From contig NC_043010.1 of assembly GCF_006345805.1 (NCBI RefSeq), positions 21,204,001-21,268,000 on the forward strand: a stretch of DNA of 64,000 nt, given 5' to 3'. A model generated the notes under the pieces. It saw nothing but the letters and a program-made list of their open reading frames with translations, was not told where the DNA came from and ran no database searches. Positions 40,042 through 52,344 of this stretch are shown piece after piece. Each line of letters opens with the position of its first letter. Within the stretch, counting starts at the first letter, position 1. Made by a program: the position numbers and the translations under genes. This DNA is from Octopus sinensis (taxonomy: Eukaryota).

Positions 40042-40050
<9 letters not shown>
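39935..40050 (+). repeat. Inverted copy of the PLE terminal segment 34947-35061 at the 5' truncation point
   Basis: Near-exact reverse complement over about 115 bp. Confidence 0.95.
39963..40007 (+). ncRNA. Minimal type-I hammerhead ribozyme, U3-A8 variant (inverted copy)
   Basis: ttactt ttgacaa tcttttaccaaagagt gaaa ccggt t aagtaa. Confidence 0.7.
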
Positions 40051-40052
<2 letters not shown>

Positions 40053-40083
<31 letters not shown>

Positions 40084-40322
40084 ATGTGTATGTATGTATA
40101 TGTATATGCGTATGTGTATGTATTTGTATGTGTATGCATGCGCGTATATATATGTACGTATATGTATACGTGTGGGTGTGTGTATGTGTATAAATGTATG
40201 TATGTATGGATGTATGGATGTATGTATGTATACGTATGTATGTGTATGTGTGTATATGTATGTATGTGTATGTGTGTGTATATGTATATATATATATGTA
40301 TATGTGTATATGTATGTATATG

Positions 40323-40353
<31 letters not shown>

Positions 40354-41444
40354 GTATGTATATATATGTGAATATGTATGTATATGTATATATATATACA
40401 TGTATGTATTGTATGTAGGTGTATATGTATGTGTGTGTATTTATATTTATTGGTGTATATGTATAGACTAGCCTTCTAAGAGTGTAGACATGAATCTGTA
40501 GGTACGCGTACGTATGTGTATATACGTGAATGTATGTAGAGTTGTATGTATGAATATAACGCGTGCGTGCGTGTATGTGTATGAGTGTGCGAATGAGTGA
40601 GTGTACGTGCTAAAGAGTGTGCGTGAGTAAATGAATGCTTGTTTTCCAGTAGACAGATAAATGGACTGGCTGTCATAGCCAAGATGTTTGTGACCAGCGA
40701 TCAAAGATAACAAAAGTAATAAATGAAGATAATAAAATTAAAATTAGGGAATGGGTCTGTATTTGTATGTGTATATATGTGTGTATGTGTAGGTATGCAT
40801 AGGTACACATATGTATATAATATATATATATATATATATATGTATGTATATGTATGTGTGTGTATATGTGGTGTATGTGTATATATGTGTATTATAGGGA
40901 CTAGTGTGCTGTGTGTGCATATGTGTGTGGATATGTGTGTGTATGTGTATAATATACATGTGTGTATACGTGTATGCATGTGAGTGTGTGTATGTGTGTA
41001 TGTATACATATATGTGTATTTGTATATGTATATGTATGTGTAAGTGTATATATATGTATATATGTGTGTGTGTACGTATGTGTGTATGTATATGTATATA
41101 TGTTTGTATGTGTGTGTATATATGTATACATATGTGCATAGGTATAAGTGAGAATCTCCTTATTTACCTAAAACTCTATTCCCTTTTTTTATATATATTT
41201 TATATATTTTTTTATATATTTTTTTATTTTTTTATTATTCTTCTATCTAATTTAACACTGACTCCTTGACCACTCCCCCAAGTATGATATTTTGCGCTAT
41301 GCCTACCCCCAAAAGTCCCCCACCAACACCCCTTTAAACCTGCCTAAATGTATAAATGCCAATACAATTCTTGTTAACTAGCTTCCTGAAGATTTCTCTT
41401 GAATGAAACAGTTCTACTAGTCCTGTAGAAGCTCCTTCTATATA

Positions 41445-41450
<6 letters not shown>
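40053..41450 (+). repeat. Outer part of the right arm of the large inverted repeat
   Basis: Reverse complement of 27996-29460; unique anchors at 40590-40770 and 41140-41450. Confidence 0.9.
41380..41433 (+). ncRNA. Type-I hammerhead ribozyme with canonical C3-G8 core
   Basis: AGCUUC (41380-85), CUGAAGA, short stem II UUC/GAA, GAAA, stem III ACAG/CUGU with 11-nt loop, cleavage triplet GUA (41425-27), GAAGCU. Confidence 0.8.
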
Positions 41451-41486
<36 letters not shown>

Positions 41487-41546
41487 TATACATATACACA
41501 CACACATTTATATATACACATACATACACATATCGACACACACGCA

Positions 41547-41595
<49 letters not shown>

Positions 41596-41596
<1 letters not shown>

Positions 41597-41761
41597 GGGG
41601 CTGGCCTAGCTGTGTGATGAGAAGCTTGCTTCCCAACCACATGGTTTCCGGTTCAGTCCCACTGCACGGCACCTTCGGCTAGATTCTTCTACTATAGCCT
41701 CGGACCGACCAAAGCCTTGTGAGTGGATTTGGTAGACGGAAACGGAAAGAATCCCGTCGTA

Positions 41762-41842
<81 letters not shown>

Positions 41843-42056
41843 GTGTGTGGTGTGTATGTGTGTGTGTGTGTGTTTGTCCCCAACATCGCTTGACAACCGA
41901 TGCTGGTGTGTTTACGTCCCCGTAACTTAACGGTTCGGCAAAAAGAGACCGATAGAATAAGTACTAGGCTTACAAAGAATAAGTCATGGGGTCGATTTAT
42001 TCGACTAAAGGTGGTGGTCCATCATGGCCGCAGTCAAATGACTGAAACAAATAAAG
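41596..42056 (+). mobile_element. Family B SINE, full length
   Basis: Matches the other family B copies. Confidence 0.85.
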
Positions 42057-42081
42057 GAGTCTATATATACACAGACGCACG

Positions 42082-42161
<80 letters not shown>

Positions 42162-42224
42162 AATATATATATATATTAGAATGTTAAGCTACTTCTGCAC
42201 CGCGCAAATATAACAAATTTGAAT

Positions 42225-42530
42225 ATGAGGGCCCGTGCCTAGTGGTTAGGGTGTTCGGCTCACTATCGTAGAGTCATGAGCTCGATACTCGGCGGCGCCA
42301 AATGCTCTTGTGCAACGCATTTTATTGCAGTCCTCTCAGAAGGTGAAAATATGTTGTCCCTGTAATTAAAAGGGCCAGCCTTGTCACATTCTGTGTCATA
42401 CTAAATATCCCCGAGAACTACGTTGAGAGTACACGTGTCTGTGGAGAATGTTATTTTCCCGAGCAGTCTGTTTGATTGGTCAGATCAACTGGAACATACG
42501 CAGTCATAAACGAAGGAGCGCCAGTTATGT
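42225..42530 (+). mobile_element. Family-C-related SINE, degenerate
   Basis: aagggccagccttgtcac...ccccgagaactacgtt...gtacacgtgtctgtggag is shared with 8070-8160. Confidence 0.7.
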
Positions 42531-42727
42531 TTACTGGCGGGACCCGTAAATATTTCATGGAATTAATGGTAAACTTATTGGGTTATTTCTGAAAACTGTG
42601 TTGTGCTTGTATCAAAAGATAGTCGCTCATCTGCTATTCATTGAAAAATGAAGGAAGCTGGAATAAGGTGATTGATTAATGCACTTTATATATACAATTT
42701 AGATACTTTATGCACAGTTTTATAGAC

Positions 42728-43727
42728 TTAGTACACAGCAGCACTCTTCCTATTTCCTATATCCCTGTGCAAACACAATCTGTCTCGCTGGGAATAGCGG
42801 AAGATTTGGGGATTCCTTGTTTGAGATATTGCTGGTTGTGGTGTTGTTGTAATAGAGTATGTATTATGGTGGTTGCTGTTGTAGTTTGTGGGGATAGAGC
42901 GTTTTGTTCCAGGTAAATGGGTGAATTTGCAGTCTCTATCAGTGCATAATCTATGGCGAAGAGAATATCGGCAAATGATGGGGTTTCGAGTGGGTATGTA
43001 GGTGCGTGTGTGAGTTGTGAGAGGTGTAGATGATAGTTTGTTGAGGTTTTGGCGACCTTTGTGACCTGTAGGAGGTAAACTCTTTGAGACAGCATTAGTA
43101 GTAGTAGTAGTAGTAGGCAGAAGAGATGTTGACAGTGATGATGATTGAGGAGGTCGATTCCATGAGATAGCGGTAGACAAAGATGTTTGTGGATACATAG
43201 TGGGAGTAGTACTAGTAGAAGTAAGCAGAGGAGATGATGTTGACAGTGATGATGATTGAGCTGCTGGGGCAGTGAAAGGAAGGGGTGGTGCTTCCTGCTG
43301 TGTGACCCTGATGACTGGGGGGGGGTCAATCGTTTCGTTTAGCAAATCGGCCATTGTAGATGAATCAAGGAGTGGTTCATACTGTTGTTGTTGCTGCTGA
43401 GGTTGTTGCTGCTGAAGCTGTTGTTGTTGTTGTTGCTGTAGCTGTTGTTGTTGTTGTTGCCGCTGAGTTTGTTGTTGAGGTTGTTGTTGTTGTTGTTGTT
43501 GCGCCAGTGATGCATTCAAAAAGAAAACACATCTCAGTTTATCGAAGTGTTTATTTATTAAGTTAAAAGCAACTTCGATTTGGTTTAATTTATTTTGTAT
43601 CTACTGTTCAGATCGAGTTTGCAAAAGGTGAACTGCTCTCTATTTGGGTAAGGCAATGCCATGTGTTGATAAGAACGTCGATTTCATTATCAGACCAGTT
43701 TTTGTTGGATTTTTGGTGGCTAGCCAT
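42728..43727 (-). pseudogene. Disrupted ORF: Myb/SANT-like start, polyQ, Ser/Thr/Pro-rich linker, CCCH zinc finger; origin unknown, probably TE-borne
   Basis: ATG at 43727 gives MASHQKSNKNWSDNEIDVLINTW; the open frame resumes about 43590 and runs into the 263-aa ORF; C-x8-C-x4-C-x3-H (CRYSLRHRLCTDRDCKFTH) at 42917-42973. Confidence 0.5.
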
Positions 43728-44401
43728 TCTGGTGGATATGTTTTATTAAATTTTATTTTGTTCGTTTGTTTTGTTGATTACTTTTATTTTTTTTTAAAGA
43801 AGTATGTAGAATAGATTGTACAGAATGTTTGCTGTAATACTGAGAAATTTGTATTTGAATTATGAGCTTGCAGTTATTTTATCTTTCTTTTCTTTTCTTT
43901 TCTTTTTTTCGCTCTTTTTCTAATTTTTAATGTGTGGGTGATCCTTTAGTTATCAGAAGGTGTTGACGAAGTGTATATATAAATAAATACTCTCTCATAG
44001 GAGTGTGTGGTTTTGTTTATTTGGTCGTTTGAAATTTATGAAAATAATTTGTAGTTAAAGAAAGGTCTACTCACGAGTTGGGAAAACGCGTGGTTTCAAA
44101 TATACAGGAATATATGTGATGGTCAATTTCGATTGTAGCTGTGAAGCTTGCTGCTGATCGGCGCGGAGAGGAGTAAAAACACGTCTTTATACTTCAGCAA
44201 TCAGTGTGTATATATGTATGTATGTTTATATGTGGAACTTACACACAAGGTACAGGAAACTTATATGTATACCATTCTGCCTAAATAATGATATGGCAGA
44301 TGCAATATCCCTGCATATCTCACGTCTGTTTTCATTCCTTCACTTCACTCTCTAATTCATATCTTCTCTAGAATAACTATTGCTTAACCATTTTCTCACA
44401 C

Positions 44402-44451
44402 TGTCTCCGATGAAGGGATATATAAATTATCCCAGAAACAGCTGTAAGACA
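44402..44451 (+). ncRNA. Minimal type-I hammerhead-like motif, U4C variant, palindromic stem III
   Basis: UGUCU-CCGAUGA-A GGGAUA UAUAAAU UAUCCC A-GAAA-CAGCUGU-A-AGACA. Confidence 0.6.
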
Positions 44452-44673
44452 TTCTCTTTATAAATGTTGTCAAATATTTCACAGCCTTGGATTTTTATCT
44501 CATTCTGTTAATTTTTTTTATATACACACATGCTGATATATGACCTACATTGGACGCCTCATTCGCAAAATCACTGAACCTGGAGCTTAACTGTGGTCTG
44601 TCCATATCACTTACTCAGCATTACCTGACACCTTTCGGTCTCAATGACACCATTACCTCTCATAACCTCAATA

Positions 44674-44715
<42 letters not shown>

Positions 44716-44726
44716 ATATATATATA

Positions 44727-44769
<43 letters not shown>

Positions 44770-45019
44770 ATGTGTGTGTGTGTGTGTGTATGTGTATATC
44801 TATATATGTATATATACATATATAGTGAGAATTTACAAAAAACAAAAACAAAAGCAAAAGACGCAGACGGGTGTGTAAACAACAAACAGATGTCTTAGTT
44901 TAACGCTCGGAAGTGAGAAAGTCTTTTACGTTTCGAACCTACGCTCTTCAACAGAGACGAACATAGAAATAAGCAGAGAGAGAAAATAGAAAATGGTTTA
45001 GTGGCTATCTATCTATCAT

Positions 45020-45081
<62 letters not shown>

Positions 45082-45169
45082 TATATACATATACATATAT
45101 ATATATGTATACATACATACATACATACATATATATATATATATTATATATATATATATAAATAAATAA

Positions 45170-45216
<47 letters not shown>

Positions 45217-46266
45217 ATACACATATATATATATATACACACACACGGAAAGGTTGACAGTTACTTGGTTGTTTTGAAGTAGACGCCATCACCAGCAGTG
45301 ATGGTAATCTCATACTTCGAAATCACTGGCAACATTTTCTTTGTGGAACTTAATCGATATGTACTCTACGGAAAAAATATTGAGTAATCCTACAGTTTAA
45401 TGCTGAAGTGAATTGTTTTTATCTGTAACTGCACATAAAACAAACATTAATATATATGTATGTATATATGTATATGAAAAGAGAGAGTGAGTGAGAGAGT
45501 GTGAGAGAGTGTGAGAGAAAGAGAGTGCGTACGTAGTTATTCAAACAGCCAATATACCAATTCCTTGCTTCGCTCTTCCATTCAAAACGAAAATATCGAT
45601 AAATGTTAACCAAGAAAGTGTTCCATCTTCAAATAAAATATAAAACGAATCGCTTCAAATAAAGGGAAATGTGTACAGCAGAACGGATGGAGGAGGGGAA
45701 ATGGTGTTTGAAGTTTTTCAGGAAGGGACAGGAAGTTGAAGATATTTCGTGCTGCTGCCATTAAAGTTAAAAGCAGAAGAAAATCCTTACCGGAAGTAGT
45801 AAAATTAGTGCCTGTTGATGGTGTCTTTGTTTAACGCATACAACAGACGTGTTTTTGTAGATTCTTGTATTTGAAGATTTTCAATTCACCATTCTGGGGA
45901 CTATTTTGGAGTGGTATTTCCTATTTGATGTTTCAACTAGATTAATAACAGCACCAGCAGCAACAACAGAAGCACTATCACCAGCAACAGTATTATTATT
46001 AGTAGTAGCAGCAGCAGCATCAATTTTGTAGTTATATCTAAGACAGGCAACTACGATTAACCATCATAGTAACTTGGAACTATTTCCTTTACTGAAATTT
46101 TACCGATCCAACATCGCATCCTTACTCTAATATTGTGCTTCCGAACAGCAGTGAACATACATAAATACATACATACATGCTGACACACACATGTATATAA
46201 CATGCATGTGTGGACATACATATACATGTTTATGGATAGAGAGATAATATATATATATATATATAC

Positions 46267-46300
<34 letters not shown>

Positions 46301-46587
46301 GTGTGTGCGTGTGTGTGTGTGCGTGTGTGTGTGTGTGTGTGTATACAAACACCCACCCCACACACAAACACCCCACGCATATATAGACAAACGGTTAAGC
46401 AAATAGAGTAAATTTCTACTTTAGTAACGTCGGAATAAATATGACAAACTCTTACTCAGAGTTTCTTTTAACAGTTGACCTGTCTGTCGTGATAATATAC
46501 AATACTCTGAAGAATGGTTACGTGAAACCCTGTGTAACAGGTTGTGAAATCTTTTGGCTTTAATAAAATAATATATATATATAATAT

Positions 46588-46662
<75 letters not shown>

Positions 46663-46899
46663 CACACATAAACTTTATTATGGAAAAAAGGACATTTTTA
46701 CATTTTTAACTAGAGCATTTTTAACGGTTTCGATTATTTAAGTAGACTATCTAGTCATGCTGAATTAAATTGGAAATTAATGTTTCACTGATGCGGATGC
46801 TGTTCACTCTCGGGGAAGACCCCTAAAAGAGAGAGCAAACATCCGCCAAGGCAACACCAACGTCCTCTCAACGATTACCCAGAAATAAATTTTTTAATG

Positions 46900-47157
46900 A
46901 GAATCTCTGAAATAAACTCAATATGAGAATAATAAAAAATAAACCCGATCGCTCACAAAAATTAAGCAAAAAAGCAGGTAAAATAATCCAGAATCCTTGT
47001 CCGGCACCGGGTCGATCCCATAATGTAACCAGTTCGTGCCAGTCACGAGGCTAAACATCTCTGAAAGTTTCATCCGAATCCATGCGGCGGTTCTTGAGAT
47101 ATCTTGTCCACGGACAAACAAACACAACTGAAAACAATACTTCCATCTTCGCTAAGA
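46900..47157 (+). mobile_element. Remnant of a non-autonomous element, possibly Helentron/HINE-like
   Basis: aaagtttcatccgaatccat...gttcttgagatatcttgtccacggacaaacaaac...aaaacaatacttccatcttcgctaag resembles the 3' part of such elements as I recall them; not searched. Confidence 0.35.
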
Positions 47158-47935
47158 TAGCCTGCGCTCACGAGGTTCACATGGTCTGCTATGACAAATG
47201 TTAGACGCTAGAGACAGTTTGCCCTTAAGGCGCTCATATCATTCAAAATCTGTATATTCCACGTGTCAACGGTGAACCACAAGTTACGTTCATTTGTTTT
47301 CGACCACCATGTTCAATGTACTCGTAAATATATGCTTTTCCTAAGAACTGAGCAGAGAAGGCTATTTCACGCTCACGATTTCTGGGACCTTTCTTGGCTG
47401 GTCAAATTGCATGGATACTATATAAGAATACTCCTTCACACGCTGGTCTACCGGTGGCAGTACATAATCACACATGACAATGTTCGATACACTGAGTTAT
47501 TCGATTGTGAAGAGTGACGAATATAAATCAATATAAAGTCTCACCATTTTCTAATCTACATCCATTGCCATTTTCTCTAATAAACATACTTATACACGCA
47601 CACAAATGTGCATAGTAGTATATATATATATTTACTTATTATATTATATTTAACTTTTTTACACTTTTTGGTTAGTTAAAAAAATTAAAAAATTAAAAAA
47701 TATAAAAATTTTAAAATTAAAAATTTTAATAATTTAAATATAAATTTTTTAATATATATATTATATATTATATTAATTATATTTATTTTTTGTTTTTATG
47801 TTTTGGTTTATGTCTATCACTGTTTGAGTTGCCTTAAAGTGGTTTTATCTCTAATTTAATTTTTATATATATATATGTATACACCCATATATATATGCAT
47901 ATAAATACAAATAAATGTAAATCCATATATATTCC

Positions 47936-48211
<276 letters not shown>

Positions 48212-51200
48212 CCTGGATGTAAATGCCTCAGGGACCTGCTCAGACGCTTTCAACTGTCTGACAGGTACCGACTAGACCACCCGAATGCGCCAACGTGGAC
48301 ATGGAGCAACCGCATCGGGTCGTCGAGATCGTATCTAGATAGGATACTGTGTAGGACAGTAGATAGAGATAGCGTAGGATGTCCACAATTCTACATAGTC
48401 AGCTACACGGATCACAAACTTGTGACATGTACGCTAGACTTAGGTAAGACACATAGGCAGGGTACCGGATACTGGAAACTAAACGCGCCTTTCCCATCCA
48501 GACAGGTTTTCAGAGACCGGATTAAGCACGCTAGTAAAGAGGGCTTTGACAGGAGCCATCATCAACAACAAATGGTGATTTGCCCTCAAGAGAGCAGTAA
48601 AAGCAGAAGCGATTTGGTACAGTAAAGCACTAGTCATAGATAGATACAGAGTAGAGGGTGAGCTAGTTAAGAAGCTAGAAGAGGAAATTAGAAGCGGCAT
48701 CGCATCTGACGTTTTGGCGGCGAGGTTGGCCCTCGACCAACACTTCAATGCCAAACACGAAGGGTGTGTTGTCAGAGCTAGGATGCGTGCTCTAATGAAC
48801 GAAGGTGTTGGAAACGCGAGAGAGGCCCGGGTGGCAGAGGCGCAACAGGGCAACAAAGCCACCATTTGGTCTCTGGGCGCGAATTGCTCGAGCCAAGTAA
48901 AATGTGTGAGACCTTTCAACAGCATTTTTCCCGACTGTTCGGGACGAGTGGCGGCAAGAACGTAGGGTGGACTTCAGTGCCTACTTACACAGCCTACCAC
49001 GACTCTCGACAAGAGAGGCAGGGCGCTGCGAAGGTGCCATCACGGCTGCAGGACGCGATCGCAGAATGCTCGAGGGACAAATCGCCGGGTTTGGATAGTC
49101 TGCCCTACGAGCTTTACAGTTGTATGCCAGACTTGTTTGGAGACGTCTTGGGAGCGGTGTACTACAACTGACAGCAAAACTGGAGCATTCCTGGTTTTGT
49201 GAGCCGAGAAGCCGTAACACTGCTGAAGAAAGATCTAAACAACGGAAATGTAATAGATAACTTTAGGCCCATCACTCTGCTTAATGCAGACTTGAAAATT
49301 TTGGCCAAGGTGCTAGCCAAGAGGTTGGCGCTTGTCATCGAGAAACTGGTCGACAAGGCGCAAACGTGCGCCGTGCCGGACCGGAGCATCCATGGCAACC
49401 TCCACCCCACCTGATGCGCTACATCATAGACAGGGTAGTTAAGGAACCTGGCATGGATGAGGCGCTGATCAATTTGGATCAATCGAAAGCTTTCGATAGG
49501 GTAGACCATCGATACTTGGAGGCTGTCCACAGAGCGGCTGGTTTCGATCCCGTCTTCCGCGGCTGGATAGCCGCTTTGTACACAGGCATCCGTTCGGTAA
49601 TTCACGTAAATGGACATCTATCGAGACCCTTCGACATCGCACGTTCGGTCCGTCAGGGATGCCCCCTCTCGTCGCTTCTCTACGTATTGACTCTCGAGCC
49701 ACTACTGCGGAAGCTGGCAACTCTGAGGGGCATCCCGCGGGAATTGGGATGCGGGACGAGCGTGTCTGCATACGCGGACGACGTCACCATCATAGTGTCT
49801 AGCCACGAGCAAATCGAGCAGGTCGGCGAGACACTGAAAGACTACGAAGCGGTGACAGAAGCGAAAATCAACCGGAAAAAATCAGTGGGCTTGCGACTCG
49901 GCATTTGGAGAAGCAAGCCCTTGCCGTCCACCAGCACGTCCGTCGTGGGATGCTGGACCGACGGTCCGGTCGAGTTGCTGGGGGTCTGGATTGGTCCGGA
50001 TCTCCAAATGGAGAAGAACTGGAACTAGATAACGAGTAGGGTGGTCATTCTCGCCCGGCAATGGGCCGAGAGGAAACTGTCCCTAAAAGGTCGGGTGGAG
50101 GTGGCAAACTCGTACATCGCGTCCGTCATCTACTACCGCCGGACCGTCGTGCCTTGTCCCGACCCTACCATCACCAAACTAGAACGCATTCTATTTCGCT
50201 TCTTGTGGAAAGGATGCGTCCCGATGGTCAGGCGATCCATTTGCAGTCAACACCCGTTAAAAGGAGGACTGGGCATGCCGTGGTTGATGATGCGCAGACA
50301 CGCGCTGAGACTGCGACATCTCAGGCTCTACGTAGACGACGGTGAACAGGTGTGGTCGCCGTTTGTGAGGCACGCTTTCCTGCAACTCATCTCCATGACC
50401 GAACTGCAGTCGTAGATCAAAAAGAGGCTGAGGAAGGGCGATGGTCACCGCGAGTGTCGCGTTGCTCTCAAGCAACTATGCCGTCCCGGGTCGATCTTGA
50501 GTGACTTCAACACAACCCAAGCATTCTCTAGGGGATTAGTGGAGGGGAGGTTCGACGACGATCTTGGGGCGAATCTGGACGTCGACGAGGAATACCTGAC
50601 CCGCCCGTTCAGGACGACTTTCGGGCCAGAGACCATGGACAACTTCCAGAGATCCCTGGCCTGGCGGTGCTACCGAGAAGCGCTACCCGTTCGGGATAAG
50701 CTCTACAGACACGGCTCGAGAAACACCAGGCCGACCTGCCCGAGATGCGGTCAGAGCGACGAAACCATTCTGCACGCACTCGTGCAGTGTCCAACAATTT
50801 CCGACCTGTGGGCTTATGTCGAACAACTGCTGTCACGTGTGGGACGAGTCGGTTTATCAGCCGAGTCTATCGTCAATATTGTCACGCCTCCTTCCTTCAA
50901 ACGGGAAGGAAGAGCTATTTTCATCATCCTTGTGGCTATGGCGACAGAATGTATCTGGTGGACGCGTCTGAAAGGGTTGGAGACAAACACTTTCCTCTCT
51001 GGTTAATCTCCCATCAACTTCTTCAAGTATCACTTGAAAAGGAAGGTGAGAGTAGAGAGGCAAGTTTTGTCTAGCGAATGTTTTAAAAAAAGATGGGTGC
51101 ATGTAGCAAGGATGGTACGTATGAATGACGAAGCCACCTTGGGAATAATTCTAAAACCCAGAAATTTAAAACAAAGGGTTACCTACTTGCAAACAAATGT

Positions 51201-51496
51201 GGTAACATGTAACAATATTGACAGAGGTTACCGTGGTCTTTTCCGTATGCCTTTCTTCCCACGGATAAACCTTATCTGCTTCCCCCTTTACATCTTACAT
51301 CACGACACTGTGATACACGATCCCTATTGATTTTCTTTTTTCTTTTGTTTCTTTTCCCTTTTTTCTTTTATTTCTTCTTTCCCTTTTACGATCCTTTTTG
51401 ATCGAAAACCTACCGCACCTTTTTTTTCCCCCAAAAAGAAAAGATCTACTTTGTAATCTGTCTCGTCTGTGTGCAGCCCTGTGTGGCTAATAAAGA

Positions 51497-51497
<1 letters not shown>
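48212..51497 (+). mobile_element. 5'-truncated Tx1/L1-type LINE (APE C-terminus, RT, CCHC knuckle, 3' UTR), pseudogenised
   Basis: SRSYLDRIL...TDHKLV...GYWKLN; SPGLD; FRPITLLNADLKILAK; QSKAFDRVDH; VRQGCPLS; AYADD (YADD 49771-82); CPRCGQSDETILHALVQC (50737-90); AATAAA at 51489, then (TATC)n. Confidence 0.93.
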
Positions 51498-51572
<75 letters not shown>

Positions 51573-51574
<2 letters not shown>

Positions 51575-52248
51575 ATTTCTTTATTGCCCATAGACGGGAC
51601 AGACAAACGGATTAAGTCAATTTTATCGACTCCAGTGCGTAACTGGTACTTATTTAACCGACCCTGAAAGGAAGAAAAGCAAATCGACCTAGGCGGAATT
51701 TGAACCCAGAACGAAGCGACAGACGAAATACTGCAAAGCATTTCGCCCGGCGTGCTAACGTTTCTGCGAGCTCGCCGCCTTCAACTCGCATCAGTTCACG
51801 CGGATAGGCGCGCTCTTCATCGACGGACGAGCCGAGTGATCCCCGTCCAGGATCTATCTATCTATCTATATCTATCTATCTATCTATCTTATCTATCTAT
51901 CTATCTATCTATCTATCTTCTATCTATCTATCTATCTATCTATCATCTATCTATCTATCTATATCTATCTTATTTCTTTATTGCCCATAGACGGGACAGA
52001 CAAACGGATTAAGTCAATTTTATCGACTCCAGTGCGTAACTGGTACTTATTTAACCGACCCTGAAAGGAAGAAAAGCAAATCGACCTAGGCGGAATTTGA
52101 ACCCAGAACGAAGCGACAGACGAAATACTGCAAAGCATTTCGCCCGGCGTGCTAACGTTTCTGCGAGCTCGCCGCCTTCAACTCGCATCAGTTCACGCGG
52201 ATAGGCGCGCTCTTCATCGACGGACGAGCCGAGTGATCCCCGTCCAGG
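51573..52248. repeat. Tandem duplication (279-bp units at 51573-51851 and 51970-52248) of a minus-strand family A SINE plus about 70 bp, separated by (TCTA)n
   Basis: The units appear identical; period 397 bp. Confidence 0.95.

Positions 52249-52344
<96 letters not shown>

Noticed and set aside
39935-43727. CCCH ORF as the direct 5' continuation of the PLE ORF at 37040-39935
   Set aside because: The outer palindrome arm and two SINEs lie between them and the inner PLE is nested within that arm, so simple continuity is not supported; kept only as a family-level hypothesis
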